Positions 12,267 to 24,469 of a DNA stretch of 64,000 nucleotides are shown here, one piece after another. Positions within the stretch are counted from its first letter, which is position 1. Each line of letters starts with the position of its first letter. Source of the DNA: Felis catus (taxonomy: Eukaryota). The notes beneath the pieces were generated by a model, which saw only the letters and a program-made list of their open reading frames with translations, was not told the DNA's origin and did not search any database. The stretch is taken from contig NC_058383.1 of NCBI RefSeq assembly GCF_018350175.1, positions 25,732,001-25,796,000 on the forward strand, written 5' to 3'. Both the position numbers and the translations under genes were made by a program.

Positions 12267-12499
12267 GGAGGGGGATGCAATTTACATCGTTTTTACAGTA
12301 CACAAAACTTTCACTGATGAAAGATAAGATATAGGAAGAGCATTTCTCTTACTATAAGCAATACACACTAATATTTTCTAGGTCTACTCTTTTGTTTTTT
12401 AAATGCAGGTGGCAACCCACTAATTGATTTCACCATCCACAGTGGGAAAATGGCTCCAACATGCTTCAAAAATTGTTTGGTTTACAGTAGTCACTGATC

Positions 12500-12885
12500 A
12501 TTACTGAGCACCTAATGTGTATGAGGCATTGAACGAAGCATGTTATATGGATTGTCTCATACAGGTCTCTCAAGGATCCAGTGAGGGGAGTCCTTCTATT
12601 ATTTCCATTGTACAGATGAAGAAACTAAAGCATAGAGAGGTTCAATAACTTGCTCAAGGTCACACAGCCAGTGAGAATCTACAGGTAGGCCTTAGTTCAA
12701 GTCTTTTAACTCAAATAACCTCTCAGTTGGACTTTTAAAGGGGTGTTCATCTCATTTTACAGTTAAAAGATGGAAGATGAGAAAGGGTAAGTGCCTTGCT
12801 CAAAGACACACAGTTAGGAAGCTTCCAAGCAGGGTTTGAAGGTAGATTTGGGGACTCCAAAGCCCGGACTTTTTCTGCTATCATT
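12500..12885 (-). mobile_element. Two tandem MIRs
   Basis: acagatgaagaaact...tgctcaaggtcacacagc, and a second core at 12750-12885. Confidence 0.75.
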
Positions 12886-13574
12886 AGCTGCTCTCTCTGA
12901 ACAGCTTCAGCGGTCACTTTGAAACCTCTTAAGAGACAAGTCTTCAGATGACATGAAAAGCAAATGAGGGCAACTCCAATGCGCATGGTAACAGGAGGAC
13001 ATTACACAGGACTCAGTTTCTGCTGCCTCCCTGCTACTCAGATGGGACAAAATAAGGCACCTTTCAAACGTTTTTCTATATACCAGAGTATCATCGGTGA
13101 CAGTCTTGCTGGGTAACTTTTTCTGACCTCTTGATGCTTTTCTGCATTTTCATCATGAGAATGTATTACTTCGATAAAGGGACACTTTTTAAATCCGTGT
13201 AAAAGGAATCAGCCTGCCCTTCGTGACAGCTACCTTCCAGAGCTCTTTACCTTGAAAATTTTCCATGTCCTGGACTAATGAGAGTTGAATCTGGAAATTG
13301 GCAAGACACTTCAGCTACTCAGATCCTAAATTTAGATCCTAAGGCGAATACCATGAGTCAACAGGGCTGGACTGGTGCTCACAGAGTGGAGTGGGACAAT
13401 TAGGCGGGTGGGACCACTGCCCTTTAAACCAGGCTAACAGGCATAAAGGGACATGAGCTTCTTACCCTTGGCAGTTTAATCAGAGGTTGGATCCTGATGG
13501 ATTTTGTATGAAACCAAACACCAAGAGATTTCTCCTGAGCATTTTAACTCCATAAATAACATCTGTACATTGCA

Positions 13575-13820
13575 GCATAATGAGGTGGGGAAGAGGAAGG
13601 ACTCTGGAATCAAGCTGCCTGGCTCTGCTACTTCTTTGCTGTTGAGGCCCTGGGTACATTGTTCAACCTCTCTGTGCCCCAGTTTCTTCATCTATAAAAT
13701 GGACACCACAGTAGTACCTGCTTCACAGGGCTGCTCTGAAGACTGAGTCACTGCTAGGGAAGCACATGGAACAGTGCTTGCCTCATAGTAAGCACACAGT
13801 CGATAACCTTTGCTATTATT
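13575..13820 (+). mobile_element. MIR
   Basis: acctctctgtgccccagtttcttcatctataaaatgg. Confidence 0.8.
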
Positions 13821-13958
13821 CTAGAAAACATAAATAATCAAAAAACGGAAAATAATCACCTGCATTTCTATTTTAGAAAAAAATTAAAACAGGCAGTAAT
13901 CAATCAACCCATCAATCACCAGCATTACTACCACTTAGAAATAATCACTATAATATAG

Positions 13959-14073
13959 TGGCACCTGGCTGGCTCAGGTGACGAAGCATGTGACTCTTGA
14001 TCTCAGCATTGTGAGTCTGAGCCCCACATTGGGTGTAGAGATTACTAAAAAAAATAAATAAAGTTTTTAAAAA
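13959..14073 (+). mobile_element. Short Can-SINE
   Basis: TSD agaaataatcacta. Confidence 0.9.
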
Positions 14074-14249
14074 AGAAATAATCACTAGTAGCATTTTGGG
14101 GTTATATTCTAGTAGACTTTTCTTTTTGTGTAAGCATTATGTCTCCCGTTTGTTTGTGTGTTTGTTTGCTTAGAAACAGCTCCATTTACTTGACCTTGGA
14201 GTGTTCACTAGGCTAGATAATTTAGGAGGGGGATTATGAAACACAGATC

Positions 14250-14410
14250 CATTCATTAATCAACAAATATTTCTTGAGCATCTACCATGTGCTGTGCATT
14301 GTTCTAGATGCTGGGGATACAGCAGTGAACAAAACAGGAAGGAAAAAGAAAGCCTCTGCTACTACAGAATTTACACTGTGTGGTTACACGGACAATAAAC
14401 AAAATAAATC
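14250..14410 (-). mobile_element. L2 3' end
   Basis: caacaaatatttcttgagcatctaccatgtgc...ctggggatacagcagtgaacaaaac. Confidence 0.8.
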
Positions 14411-14499
14411 TTTAAAATCCTGGGTGATTCAAAGGAATTAAACACTTGAAAAAATTATTAGTGGCTAAGTTATGTGTATCATATCGTCAAAGAAAATTT

Positions 14500-14747
14500 A
14501 AAAATTTTTTAATTTTATTTTTAATTTTTAAAAGTATTTTAATGTTTATGTATTTTTGAGAGGGAGAGAGACAGAGTATGAGCAGGGGAGGGGCACATTG
14601 GGAGAGAGGGAGACACAGAATCTGCAGCAGGCTCTAGACTCCAAGCTGTTAGCACAGAGCCCAATGTGGGGTTTGAACTCACAAGCAGTGAGATCATGAC
14701 CTGAGCTGAAGTTGGATGCTCAACCAACTGAGCCACCCAGGAGCCCC
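14500..14747 (-). mobile_element. Can-SINE
   Basis: Full structure. Confidence 0.95.
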
Positions 14748-14769
14748 CTCCTCTTAAGATTTTTTAAAG

Positions 14770-15289
14770 GAACCACTTTGGCTATACCATTTTACATTCC
14801 TACCAACAGTGCATGAGGATGCCAATTCTCTACATCCTCACAAACACTTATTATCTTCTGGGGGCTTTTTGATAGTATTCATCCTATTGGGTGTAAGGTG
14901 GTCCGTGCCTTCAATTAAATTTTTTTTGTAGCAGCTTTATTGAAACATAATTCACATACCATACAATCCATCCATTTAAAGCGCACGAAAACTCAATAGT
15001 TCAGTATCGTCACAGATGTGTGGAGTCATCACCACAATCGATTTTATACTTCCTCACCCCAAAAATGAAACCCCATACCCTTTAGCTATTGCCCTCCATT
15101 CCCCCAGCTCTAGGCAACCCCTGATCTACTTTCTGTCTCTGCAGATTTGCCTATTCTGGACATTTCATATAAACGAAATCATATAATATGTGGTCTCTTT
15201 GGTGTCTGGCTATTTGCACTTTGCATAACGCTTTCAAGGTTTGTCCATGTTGGGGCAGGCATACATCCTTCAATCCTTTTCAAGGTGTG
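14770..15289 (-). mobile_element. L1 fragments (ORF2 end 14770-14905; L1MB-like 3' UTR 14916-15289)
   Basis: ccattttacattcctaccaacagtg; gatttgcctattctggacatttcatata; gccttcaatt repeated on both sides of the second piece. Confidence 0.8.
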
Positions 15290-15404
15290 GCCTTCAATTC
15301 TGTATTGGGCTCTTTTTGAGCTTTTGGACACCATGAATTCCAGACCTCTCCCTCAGCCTACCAGTCCGTGGACTGGCTGAAAGGAAGGCTGTGAGAACAG
15401 CAAG

Positions 15405-15620
15405 GCAGTATGAAATTGTGGAAAGTTCTAAATTTCCTCAGCTCTGCCACTTATTGGCCTGTGTGACCAAAGGTGAGTGACTTAACCTTTGGGACAGTTT
15501 CCTCCCCCTGAAAGATAAGGTAATAACAATATGTATTAATAGAATTTGTCATGAAGATTAATCAGAAATAATATATGTAAGGTGCCCAGCACATAGCAGG
15601 CCTTCAATAAATTGAGCTCT
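15405..15620 (+). mobile_element. MIR
   Basis: cagctctgccacttatt...gtaaggtgcccagcacatagcagg. Confidence 0.7.
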
Positions 15621-16559
15621 CATGAGGACCATGGATCTTTGCAGACAGCCAAGGTTTGGCAGTTAAGGACATAGGCAACACTACTCTCCAGGCCGGGACA
15701 CCACACAGCAGGAGCAACTTCCCATTGCCTTCCCTTCATTAGCTCCAACTTTCATTCAGAGTCACCCCTGGGTGTGACAGACCCAAATATGGTGATAGGA
15801 AAGGCCCTCAGTCTAGGGTATATGCTTATTCTAATATATGATCGAACAAAAATCTCCTTTAAACATCCCTGCTCCTTCCCTACAATCTCTCCTAAATGGC
15901 GAAATACGCAATCCACCCTTTCCTCTAACCCACCTCAACATCTAAACCTCCCCAGTTACTCTCTGGCCCTCAGCTATCCCACACTACTCTCCCCAACAAA
16001 AGCCTAGAATGTTCACCATCTTATTGTTCTTGCCCTCAGTGTTGAGACCAACCCCCCAAGCCCATCAATCACCACCAAGACAACCGCAAGTTTTCCAAGG
16101 TCTACGTTTGCTCTGCAATAGGCCTCTTGCCCAGGGGGCAGGCGATTCTATGGCAACACCAGTTGGAATTCTTGTTTAGAGAGATTTCCTGGTTTACTCT
16201 TTCCATTTTTCAAAGGAGAAAGCAAAGTCCATCTACTTGGTAAATTGCACAGATGGGCCAGGAACTCAGATTCCCTGAATTTTAATCCAAATGAAATTGC
16301 ATTAGTGAGAAGAGCCTCAAAAGGAAGACTTTGAATCCAAAACCTATCACTGTTGCTGAGACCTTGCAGCTTGTCCACCACAATATTAGGATTTTGCTGA
16401 TGCGGTTACAACACATTCTCTACTAAGAATAGATCCGTGTAATCACTTTCTCTGGCCTCTAGCCTGATGTATCCTTATAAATTTCTCCCAGGGGTTGCTA
16501 ATCTGCAGCCAGGATTGAGAACCACTGCTATCAGTAAATTACTTGGAATAAAAATTTTA

Positions 16560-16776
16560 GGGGTGCCTGGGTGGCTCAGTCCGGTAAGCGTTCAGCTTTG
16601 GCTCATGTCATGATCTCGAGGTTCATGAATTTGGGCCCCACGTTGGGCTCTGTGCTGACAGCTCAGAACCTGGAGCCTGCCTCTGATTCTGTGTCTCCCT
16701 CAATCTCTGCCCCTCCCCCACTCACGCTCGCCCTCTTTCTCTCTCTCAAAAATAAATAAAAAGACATTTAAAAAAT
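16560..16776 (+). mobile_element. Can-SINE
   Basis: Full structure. Confidence 0.95.
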
Positions 16777-17038
16777 TGTATACATATTTCTTGACAGTTT
16801 AAAAAATATTACTAAAACCAGCCACCAGGTATTCACTTTGGACTAGGGGTCTATTTAATAGCATACAATGGTATTTAATCTTACTTAATCCTCACAGGAG
16901 CCCTCTGCAACAGGCCCTAATTGTCCCTGTTGTAACAGAGGAGCAAACTGTGCCTTGAGAGGACGAGCAACTTGCCCCTGACCTCATTGATGAAAAGGGG
17001 CAGGACCCCGGTTCTGTCAGACCCCAAAGCCAATATCC

Positions 17039-17502
17039 TTTTTTTTTTTTTTAAATATCTATTCATCGGGGCGCCTGGGTGGCGCAGTCGGTTAAGCGTC
17101 CGACTTCAGCCAGGTCACGATCTCGCGGTCCGTGAGTTCGAGCCCCGAGTCGGGCTCTGGGCTGATGGCTCAGAGCCTGGAGCCTGTTTCCGATTCTGTG
17201 TCTCCCTCTCTCTCTGCCCCTCCCCCGTTCATGCTCTGTCTCTCTCTGTCCCAAAAAAATAAACGTTGAAAAAAAAAATTAAAAAAAAAAATTAAAAAAA
17301 AAATCTATTCATTGATTTTGAGAGACAGAAAGAGAGCAAGTAGGGGAGGGGCAGAGAGAGAGGAGAGAGAGAATTCCAAGCAGGGTCTGTGCTCTCAGTG
17401 CAGAGTCTGATGCAGGGCTCGAACCCATGAACCATGTGATCATGACCTGAGCCAAAATCAAGAGTTGTATGCTTGACCAACTGAGCCATCTAGATGTTCC
17501 CC
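17039..17502 (-). mobile_element. Older Can-SINE whose tail is split by a young SINE
   Basis: TSD ccaaagc(c)aatat(c/t)ct; sits in a MIR starting near 16880. Confidence 0.85.
17068..17300 (+). mobile_element. Young feline SINE
   Basis: Diagnostic gtggcgcag / cagccaggtc / gggctgatgg / aaacgttgaaaa; CpGs intact; TSD atctattcat. Confidence 0.95.
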
Positions 17503-17554
17503 TCCACCAAAGCAATATTCTTAGTAACAACATGTATTACCCACATATTACTAA

Positions 17555-17760
17555 TCATTTATTGATATTCTTATTATGAGCCAAGCACTATTCCAGTTCA
17601 TTTAATCTTCCCAAAACCCTATAGGGTTGTTGCTAATATCAGTATTTCCACTTTATTGCCGTGCCAACGGCACGTGTCACTGAGTCAGTGACAGAGATTA
17701 TGCAACCTGCACAAGGTTATACAGTTGATAAATGGGAAACTTAATCCAATCTGGTTCTGA
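17555..17760 (-). mobile_element. MIR with a rearranged palindromic core
   Basis: tcatttaatcttc...cctgcacaaggttatacagttgataaatgg. Confidence 0.65.
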
Positions 17761-17931
17761 GAGATCTCCAGAAGTTGGTAGATTTATCCAAATCCTACAA
17801 AAGCACTCTGCATCTATATAACTTCAAAGAAGAATACTGAACAATCAGATGAAGGAATGAAGCTAAGGAGGTTGGAAGCATCCATTTACATAAACTTAAA
17901 TTTGGGATCTTGAACTTGTGGGGCAAAGCAC

Positions 17932-18149
17932 TTTAATTTTTATTTACTTATTTATTTTTTAGAGATACTGCAAGTGGGGGGGAGGGGCAGAGGTAGAGAG
18001 AAAGAATCTCAAGCAGGCTCCATACTCAGTGCAGAGCCCAGTGCAGACCCCGATGCAGGGCTCCATCCCATGACCCTGGACTGTGACCTCAGACAAAATC
18101 AAGAGTCAGATGCTCAATCACTGAATCGACTGAGCCACCCAGGTGCCCC
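17932..18149 (-). mobile_element. Can-SINE
   Basis: T-tail; head ending ccaggtgcccc. Confidence 0.9.
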
Positions 18150-18649
18150 ATGGCACCCAGAGCATTTCAAAAAAAGGAAACCCTCTTTGATTTACTTTTT
18201 AATTTCAGCAGAACAGTAGGGGATCTTTGAGCTTTTCAAAAGAAGGCAGTCCTAGCTATGCAGACGTGTGCACATTTTTAATGAAAAAATATGTATGAAA
18301 GTTGATGTCATCCAAACATCTCCACCCACGGGTGAGTCTTAAATTAGAACTGATGAAAGTAATATCGAGGCATGAAGTCCCTAGATTTCTTTTAATCAAA
18401 TTTTTATTTCTTTTGCAGGTTCAAATGGAGAAGGAATAAAGTTTGAGGAGATATGAGAGAAAAAATTAAGATGTAAGTGACACCTTAGAGTTACTGATAT
18501 ATTTCTTCTTAAAGAGTAAGCGTATTATCAAAGCAATGACTTCATTTAGAATTACTCTCAAGGCAATAATCATTCTCATTTTACAAGCAGGGAAAATGAA
18601 ACACCAAGATCACATCACCCATCAACAGTTCCAAAGTGGGATGGTGGCA

Positions 18650-19930
18650 TTAAGTGCAAATGCAAGCAACAATTTTGGATGACAACATGGCAATCGCTGT
18701 CTAAACGTAGTACATGCATGTCCTTTGAACCAGCAATTTCATTCCTAGGACTTTATCCTATAGAAATACTTCTATGAGTAAGCAAGGACAACTCTACACA
18801 AATATCTATGGAAGCATTGTTCACAATATAGGCTGAATATTCATTTATAGGGATTGTTTTTTTTTAAAGCATGGTACAGACTGATTATCATTTTTATGGA
18901 TCCACAAAAAAATAATGAGATAGATCTATATATATTGGCATGTGTGATACTGTGATTTATAATAAGAAATATATATTTGCCTTTGTCCCCACTTCTGGCA
19001 TACAGCTCCTAAAAACCCTTGGAATTTCCCAAGTGAAGAAAAGCTAAAGGTGTCATTTGTTATGTTGATAAAGTGACTTTTGGATCCAAGTTAGGATGGG
19101 GTCTGGTTGCCGGGGAAAACCAACCGTGTGATTAGAGGGTTAGGAACTTTCCGTCCCACCGCCCAGGCCTCCAGGGTGGGGAGGGGGGGCTGGAGGTTGA
19201 ATCTGGCACCATTGGCCAATGATTAAAACAACCATGCCTATGTAATGAAGCCTCCATAAAAACCCAAAGGACAGGGTTCAGAGACTTCCAGATGGGGATA
19301 CCAGAACAATTCCCCATGCCATCATGCCAGGCCCTAAGCCCCATGGGGACAGAAGCCTCTCTGTTCAGGACCTCTCTCTCTCTCCCTTTTATCTCTCCAT
19401 CTGGCTGCTGATTCGTATCCTTTAATGTAACCTCTGTAATAAACCAGTAATCTAGTGGGTAGTTTCCTGAGTTCTGTGAGCTGCACCAGCAAATTAATTG
19501 AACCCAAGGAGGGGGTTGTGGGAAGCTCCCAACGGCAGCCGGTCAGTCAGAAGAGCAGGTAACAACCTGGATTTGGGATTGTCTGCAGTGGGGACAGTCC
19601 TGTGGGTCTGAGCCCTTAACCTGTGAGAACGGATGCTACCTCTGGGTAGACAAGTATCAGAATTGAGTTGAATTCTCCAACCTAGCTGGTGTCAGAGAAT
19701 TATTTGATGATGTAGAAAAACCCCTCACTACACAATGAAATTTTTATTAAAACTTTTAGCATGGAAAGATGTCTATGATATACTGCCAAGTGAAAGAAAA
19801 AGCACATTGCACTACAGCATTTATAATATGTTTCCATGTTTATAAATATATATGTGCATATATTTATACGTAGATAGATGAAGAAACCCTATGGGTAGAC
19901 ACCCTCAATAGTAACTGCCTCTGGAAAATA
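18650..19930 (+). mobile_element. L1ME-like 3' remnant split by an LTR
   Basis: ttgaaccagcaatttcattcctagga...gagatagatctata|...|tggaaagatgtctatgata. Confidence 0.65.
18943..19758 (+). mobile_element. ERV solo LTR, MER21-like (or carnivore relative)
   Basis: tgtgatactgtgatttataataagaaatatatatttg...ctcctaaaaacccttggaatttcc; ATTGGCCAAT, CCATAAAA, AATAAA; 5-bp TSD gcatg. Confidence 0.85.
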
Positions 19931-20399
19931 AGCCATTGATTATTTTAACATATATCATTGTTAGGTGATCAATTATGTTTATTAGTTACAAAGGGCTACA
20001 GCTAATGCCAGAACCCACCTCCTGAGTCACAGGCTCGTGTTCTCTGTACCTGGGTATCCTCTTTGGTGGCGAAGCCCTTCCCTGCTCCTCATCTATGGAT
20101 GGGTAGGATATTTGGAAGGAGGGAGAAAAGAACATCCTCATCCCTATCCACTTACCCCTGGCTTCCTAAAACATGCTGACAGATCCTGCAGCCTCTGGAC
20201 AAGGGACTTAGCATCCCCTCTCTCCACACCTCCCTATCCAGTGGCCTGTGGCTATTTCAGTGTTAGCAGGCAGGGTGGGAGGCATGGCCAGATGCTGCCC
20301 ACCGCCCAGCCTGGGGGGTCCTGGTATCCTGTTGGGAAGCTCTGCACTGGGCCAACATGCCCAGTTAAAGTAACTGGACAACATGGCATGAAATGGCCC

Positions 20400-20620
20400 T
20401 AGGATTCCCGGCATCAGGCAGATCTGGGTTCAAATCCCTGGTTGGGCCCTACTGGCAGTGTGGCCTTGTGTGAGTCATGTTCTCCCAGCCCTGGTTTCCT
20501 CATCTGTGCAATGGAGATAATGTCCTCTGTGTGACAGAGCAGGTGTGAGGACTACATGGCAACAAAAGGTGCTTAGCGTGGTGCCTGGCACATGGTATGT
20601 GCCCAATAAACTACAGCTAC
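20400..20620 (+). mobile_element. MIR
   Basis: tttcctcatctgtgcaatgg...gtgcctggcacatggta. Confidence 0.8.
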
Positions 20621-20872
20621 TACTTAGTTTCAGACATCCTTCTCTGCTCTAAAACTAAGTTCCAGGGGTATCCTAAGGTCATAAACATGTGGTGTGGCCA
20701 AGATGAGATGCTTAAGACTGTCCTTAAAACCCAATCCTAATATAGTTAAGATTTGTCATTACAATCTAAACTTAAAATACTAGATTAAAAGTCAGAAAAA
20801 AAAAAAAAAACTTATCTGGTCCCTACCCACCTCCCACCCCTCTCAGGCTTTGTTTTTTCCTAGTGCCCTCTC

Positions 20873-21056
20873 TTTTTTTTTTTTTTTTTTAATGTTTGTT
20901 TTTCAGAGGCGGGGAGGGCAGAGAAAGAGGGCAACAGAGGATCCGAAGCGGGCTCTGCACTGACAGCAAGCAATGAGGGACTCAAACTCACAAACCGCAA
21001 GATCATGACCTGAGCCAAAGTCAGACTCTCGAAGGACTGAGCCACCCAAGCGCCCT
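20873..21056 (-). mobile_element. Can-SINE (internal deletions)
   Basis: TSD agtg(c/t)cctct. Confidence 0.9.
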
Positions 21057-21646
21057 TTCGAGTGTCCTCTTAATGAAAGAAAAACTTCAGTTCCAGGAAT
21101 AAGTGTGCTTCTAAGAACCTTCTTAATCTTAAAGACACAATAAACAATATAATGATCCTATTTCGTTCATTGTTGTGGCTTCTAGGAAGCTCAGAATCAT
21201 AGTTCTATTTACTTAGGAACATTTTTGAGGTTATTATTCACATTGCATAATGTATTAGGGAAGGGCCCAGTGTTTCCTGAACAAATAGCTGGTCTTTTTC
21301 TTATAGACACTGTGAACTATTTAACAGATCCTATTTTCCTCTTTGCTTTGTCTCTAAGAAATCTCTAGCAAGTATAGGACTTAGAGTATTTTGCTTACTG
21401 CATTTTGTGGCTTAACTTTTTCTCTCCTTTTAATTTTTCCCCAACCCAATTACCACATTTACCTAAAAATGTTATATTACACACGTTTCTGTAAGCTACT
21501 GAAAATGGCTCTTGGAATGAGGTAGGGAATAAACAGGTAAGCAAAGAAAAGTAAATAATCTGTTTCCTTTGACAGGTCAACCTCCTCCATCATTTTCTTT
21601 AAAATACCAACAAGAAGTGATAAAGTCATTTAAAGAATACTTAGAT

Positions 21647-21856
21647 GGGGCACCTGGGTGGCTCAGTTGGTTAAGCGTCCAACTTCAGTTCAGGTCATGC
21701 TCTCACAATTTGTGAATTCAAGCCCCGCATCGGGCTCTGTGCTGACGGTTCAAAGCCTGGAGCCTGTTTGCGATTCATGTCTCCCTCTCTCTCTGCCCCT
21801 CCCCCACTCATACTCTGACTCTCTCTCAAAATAAATAAACATAAGAAAAAAAAATT
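21647..21856 (+). mobile_element. Can-SINE
   Basis: TSD taaagaatactta(g/c)at. Confidence 0.95.
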
Positions 21857-21948
21857 AAAGAATACTTACATATATATAAAGAATACACACACAAATATAA
21901 TCTGATGTTTCATACACATATATGTAAATATATGTAAATACACCCCCC

Positions 21949-21949
<1 letters not shown>

Positions 21950-21999
<50 letters not shown>
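21950..21999. repeat. (CA)n microsatellite, ~25 units
   Basis: Read directly. Confidence 0.95.
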
Positions 22000-22003
<4 letters not shown>

Positions 22004-22798
22004 TAACCTGATAGTATAGGAACAATTTCTATGGCTTCTTTCTTCCTACATACTAGATTTCCAAATAAAATATCACCATTCAACTACAAAGCACATTTGA
22101 AAACAATTACTGAGTATATACATAGCTAAAAATACACTATTAATTGAGAAGGGATTTTTGACCACATCTCAAAAATGACTTAGGCATCTTGTTTGGAATT
22201 ATACTGGCTGCAATTCTTGTCACACACATTTAAAAATAATTCCTGCAACTGTCCCAGTGGATAGAGACTTAAGGATAACTTCACACCATTTCTGTCCTAG
22301 AAGAAAATCCTGTTTGGGAGGGCCTCTGACTCAGTGTAACATGAGATGAGCTATATATGACCACAACTCTACCCTGACAGCGGACACTATTCTCCCTCAG
22401 ACCTCCTGTCTGCATCAAGGTTGCTCCAAGAAATGAACTTGGCAAAATTTATTCATACTATAAATACCAGAACATAATATGGATAATATGGCATGCACTC
22501 AAAAAATATATTACATATGTTTATTGGATTTGTACATAGATCAGTTTGTGGGTTTTTTAGATAAAGTTGAAGAACTGTTTTTGTTTGCAGTCATTCCATT
22601 TTTTTTCTTTACTGCAAGTCTAAAGGAGAACTAGCATGTGTCTAACATAAATTGCTTTATCAGAGGTCTTTGGGGTCTATTGATAGTGTCACCTTGGTTG
22701 GGGGGATTTATTATCCGAACTGCCACACTACCCTAATTCATAAGGTTTAAAACAGGAAGTAACTCTATAGTGCCTGAGTGTAAGAAATGATTCAGCTT

Positions 22799-23030
22799 GG
22801 GGCGTCTGGGTGGCTCAGTGGGTTAAGCGTCAGACTTCGTCTTGGGTCATGATCTCATGGCTCGTTGGTTCGAGTCCCACATCCGGCTCTGTGCTGATAG
22901 CTTGGAGTCTGGAGCCTGCTTCAGATTCTGTGTCTCCCTCTCTCTCTGCCCCTTCCCTACTTGCACTCTGTCTCTCTCTCTCTCTCTCTCTCAAAAAAAA
23001 AAAAAACATTAAAAAAAATTAAAACAAACA
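22799..23030 (+). mobile_element. Can-SINE
   Basis: TSD aagaaa(t/c)gattc. Confidence 0.95.
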
Positions 23031-23609
23031 AGAAGAAACGATTCCACTCAGGGACACCTGGAGGAAACAAGGAGTTCTACTTCCCCTGGTGAGCAGTCTG
23101 TGTGCTGCTCCTAGCAATTCAGCCCTGACTTAGAGGCTTCAGTCAACACAAACAGCAGGAACCCAAAGCCCAGAAAGTCCAGGTCATGAGAAATAAGATA
23201 AGCAGGATGTCACGTTCAGGAGGATTCCTGAGGGAATTTGGCTCTGACAGTAGAATCCAAGGGAGCGTCTTAATTCTCTGTGTCTTTCCTCAGATATGTG
23301 TTAGAACAGTGGACAGAAAAAGGGAATGCTTGGGCCCCGGCCCTAGGCCCTCCTTTGGCAGTGTGCCCTTGGACAAGTCTCTCGACTTTCTTGGGCGTCT
23401 ACTAATTCATTTGTAAAATGAAGCCCGGAGCTCTGTCCACCCTGTATGTGTACACTGCATGCTCTATGCCAGGCTCTGTGCTAGGCTGGAGGCATCATGA
23501 GTAAGAGGAAGAGTCCCCTCCAGGGAACCCTATGGCACTTAGAGTCTAGTGGAGTAAACCAACAGAATTGTTTAAAAGCACACAGATATTTTAATTATAC
23601 TAAAATTGT

Positions 23610-23840
23610 GACAGTAACCAGCCTTTATGGGAATGATGTGCCAGGACTTATTCTAAAAATCATGCCCTATAACCTTTTAACAGCCATATGAGACAGGAAC
23701 TTCATTAGTCCCATTTTGTACATGGGAAAACTGAGGCTTAAGGAAGTTAACTAGATCAGGATCACACAGAGAAAAGTAAAAGCACTCTCTGAACAGGTCT
23801 GGCCAATTCCAAAAGCCAATCCTTTACCCATTGCACTGTA
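23610..23840 (-). mobile_element. MIR
   Basis: cccattttgtacatgggaaaactgaggctt. Confidence 0.75.
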
Positions 23841-24469
23841 CTGACTTCCTTCTTAGCTAACCACAGTTCTGGAGACAGCGTTTAGAACTGGCTTTTTTTT
23901 TTTTTTTAACCTAAGTGCCATTTCACAGTCTAATTGTAAGTGGAAAATTTACCCATGAATTCCCACTGGAGCATTTACTGAACCCCATCTTGCCTGGAAA
24001 GGACTGCTCCTTCTGGAGCCCTGGAAAGGCCACAAGGGACACGAGCAGCAGGTGGCTGAGATGGGCGGGTGGTGGTGATGGTAATGCTTTCACTCTGCCC
24101 CTCCACTGCTGGCTGGGTTACACACATCAAATCCCGTCTGCTCTCCCTGCTACACAGCAAGCTAAATCAATCTGTCAACCAACAGCAAATCAACTCAAAA
24201 GAATAAGAAACAACAGAACTAAATAGGCACGCTGCACTTTCCCTGACCTTTAAACTGATTACAGCCTTGATTGTCTTCCAATTTTGAAGTGAAATGAAAC
24301 GGCAGTTGTGCACAGAAGAGAGGCCTGGGCTGATCCTGCCAGTTTACAGCTCAAGCTGCTTCTTAGCAAGGGTTAAATGGTAGCAAGCCTTTAAAACCGC
24401 CAATTTGATGAGCTCTTACTCTGCACCAGGCACTGTCTGTATGCTGGCTCATTTAAGCCTCAGGACTCT

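Larger units (their letters stand above)
11900..12452. mobile_element. hAT-Charlie-type non-autonomous DNA element split by two SINEs
   Basis: caacccactaattgatttcac motif; related inverted copies near 27395 and 35660. Confidence 0.45.

Noticed and set aside
24043..24058. CTCF-like GCAGCAGGTGGCTG (also tgcccagggggcag near 16128)
   Set aside because: Mismatches at informative positions; cannot be supported without a PWM score or ChIP data.
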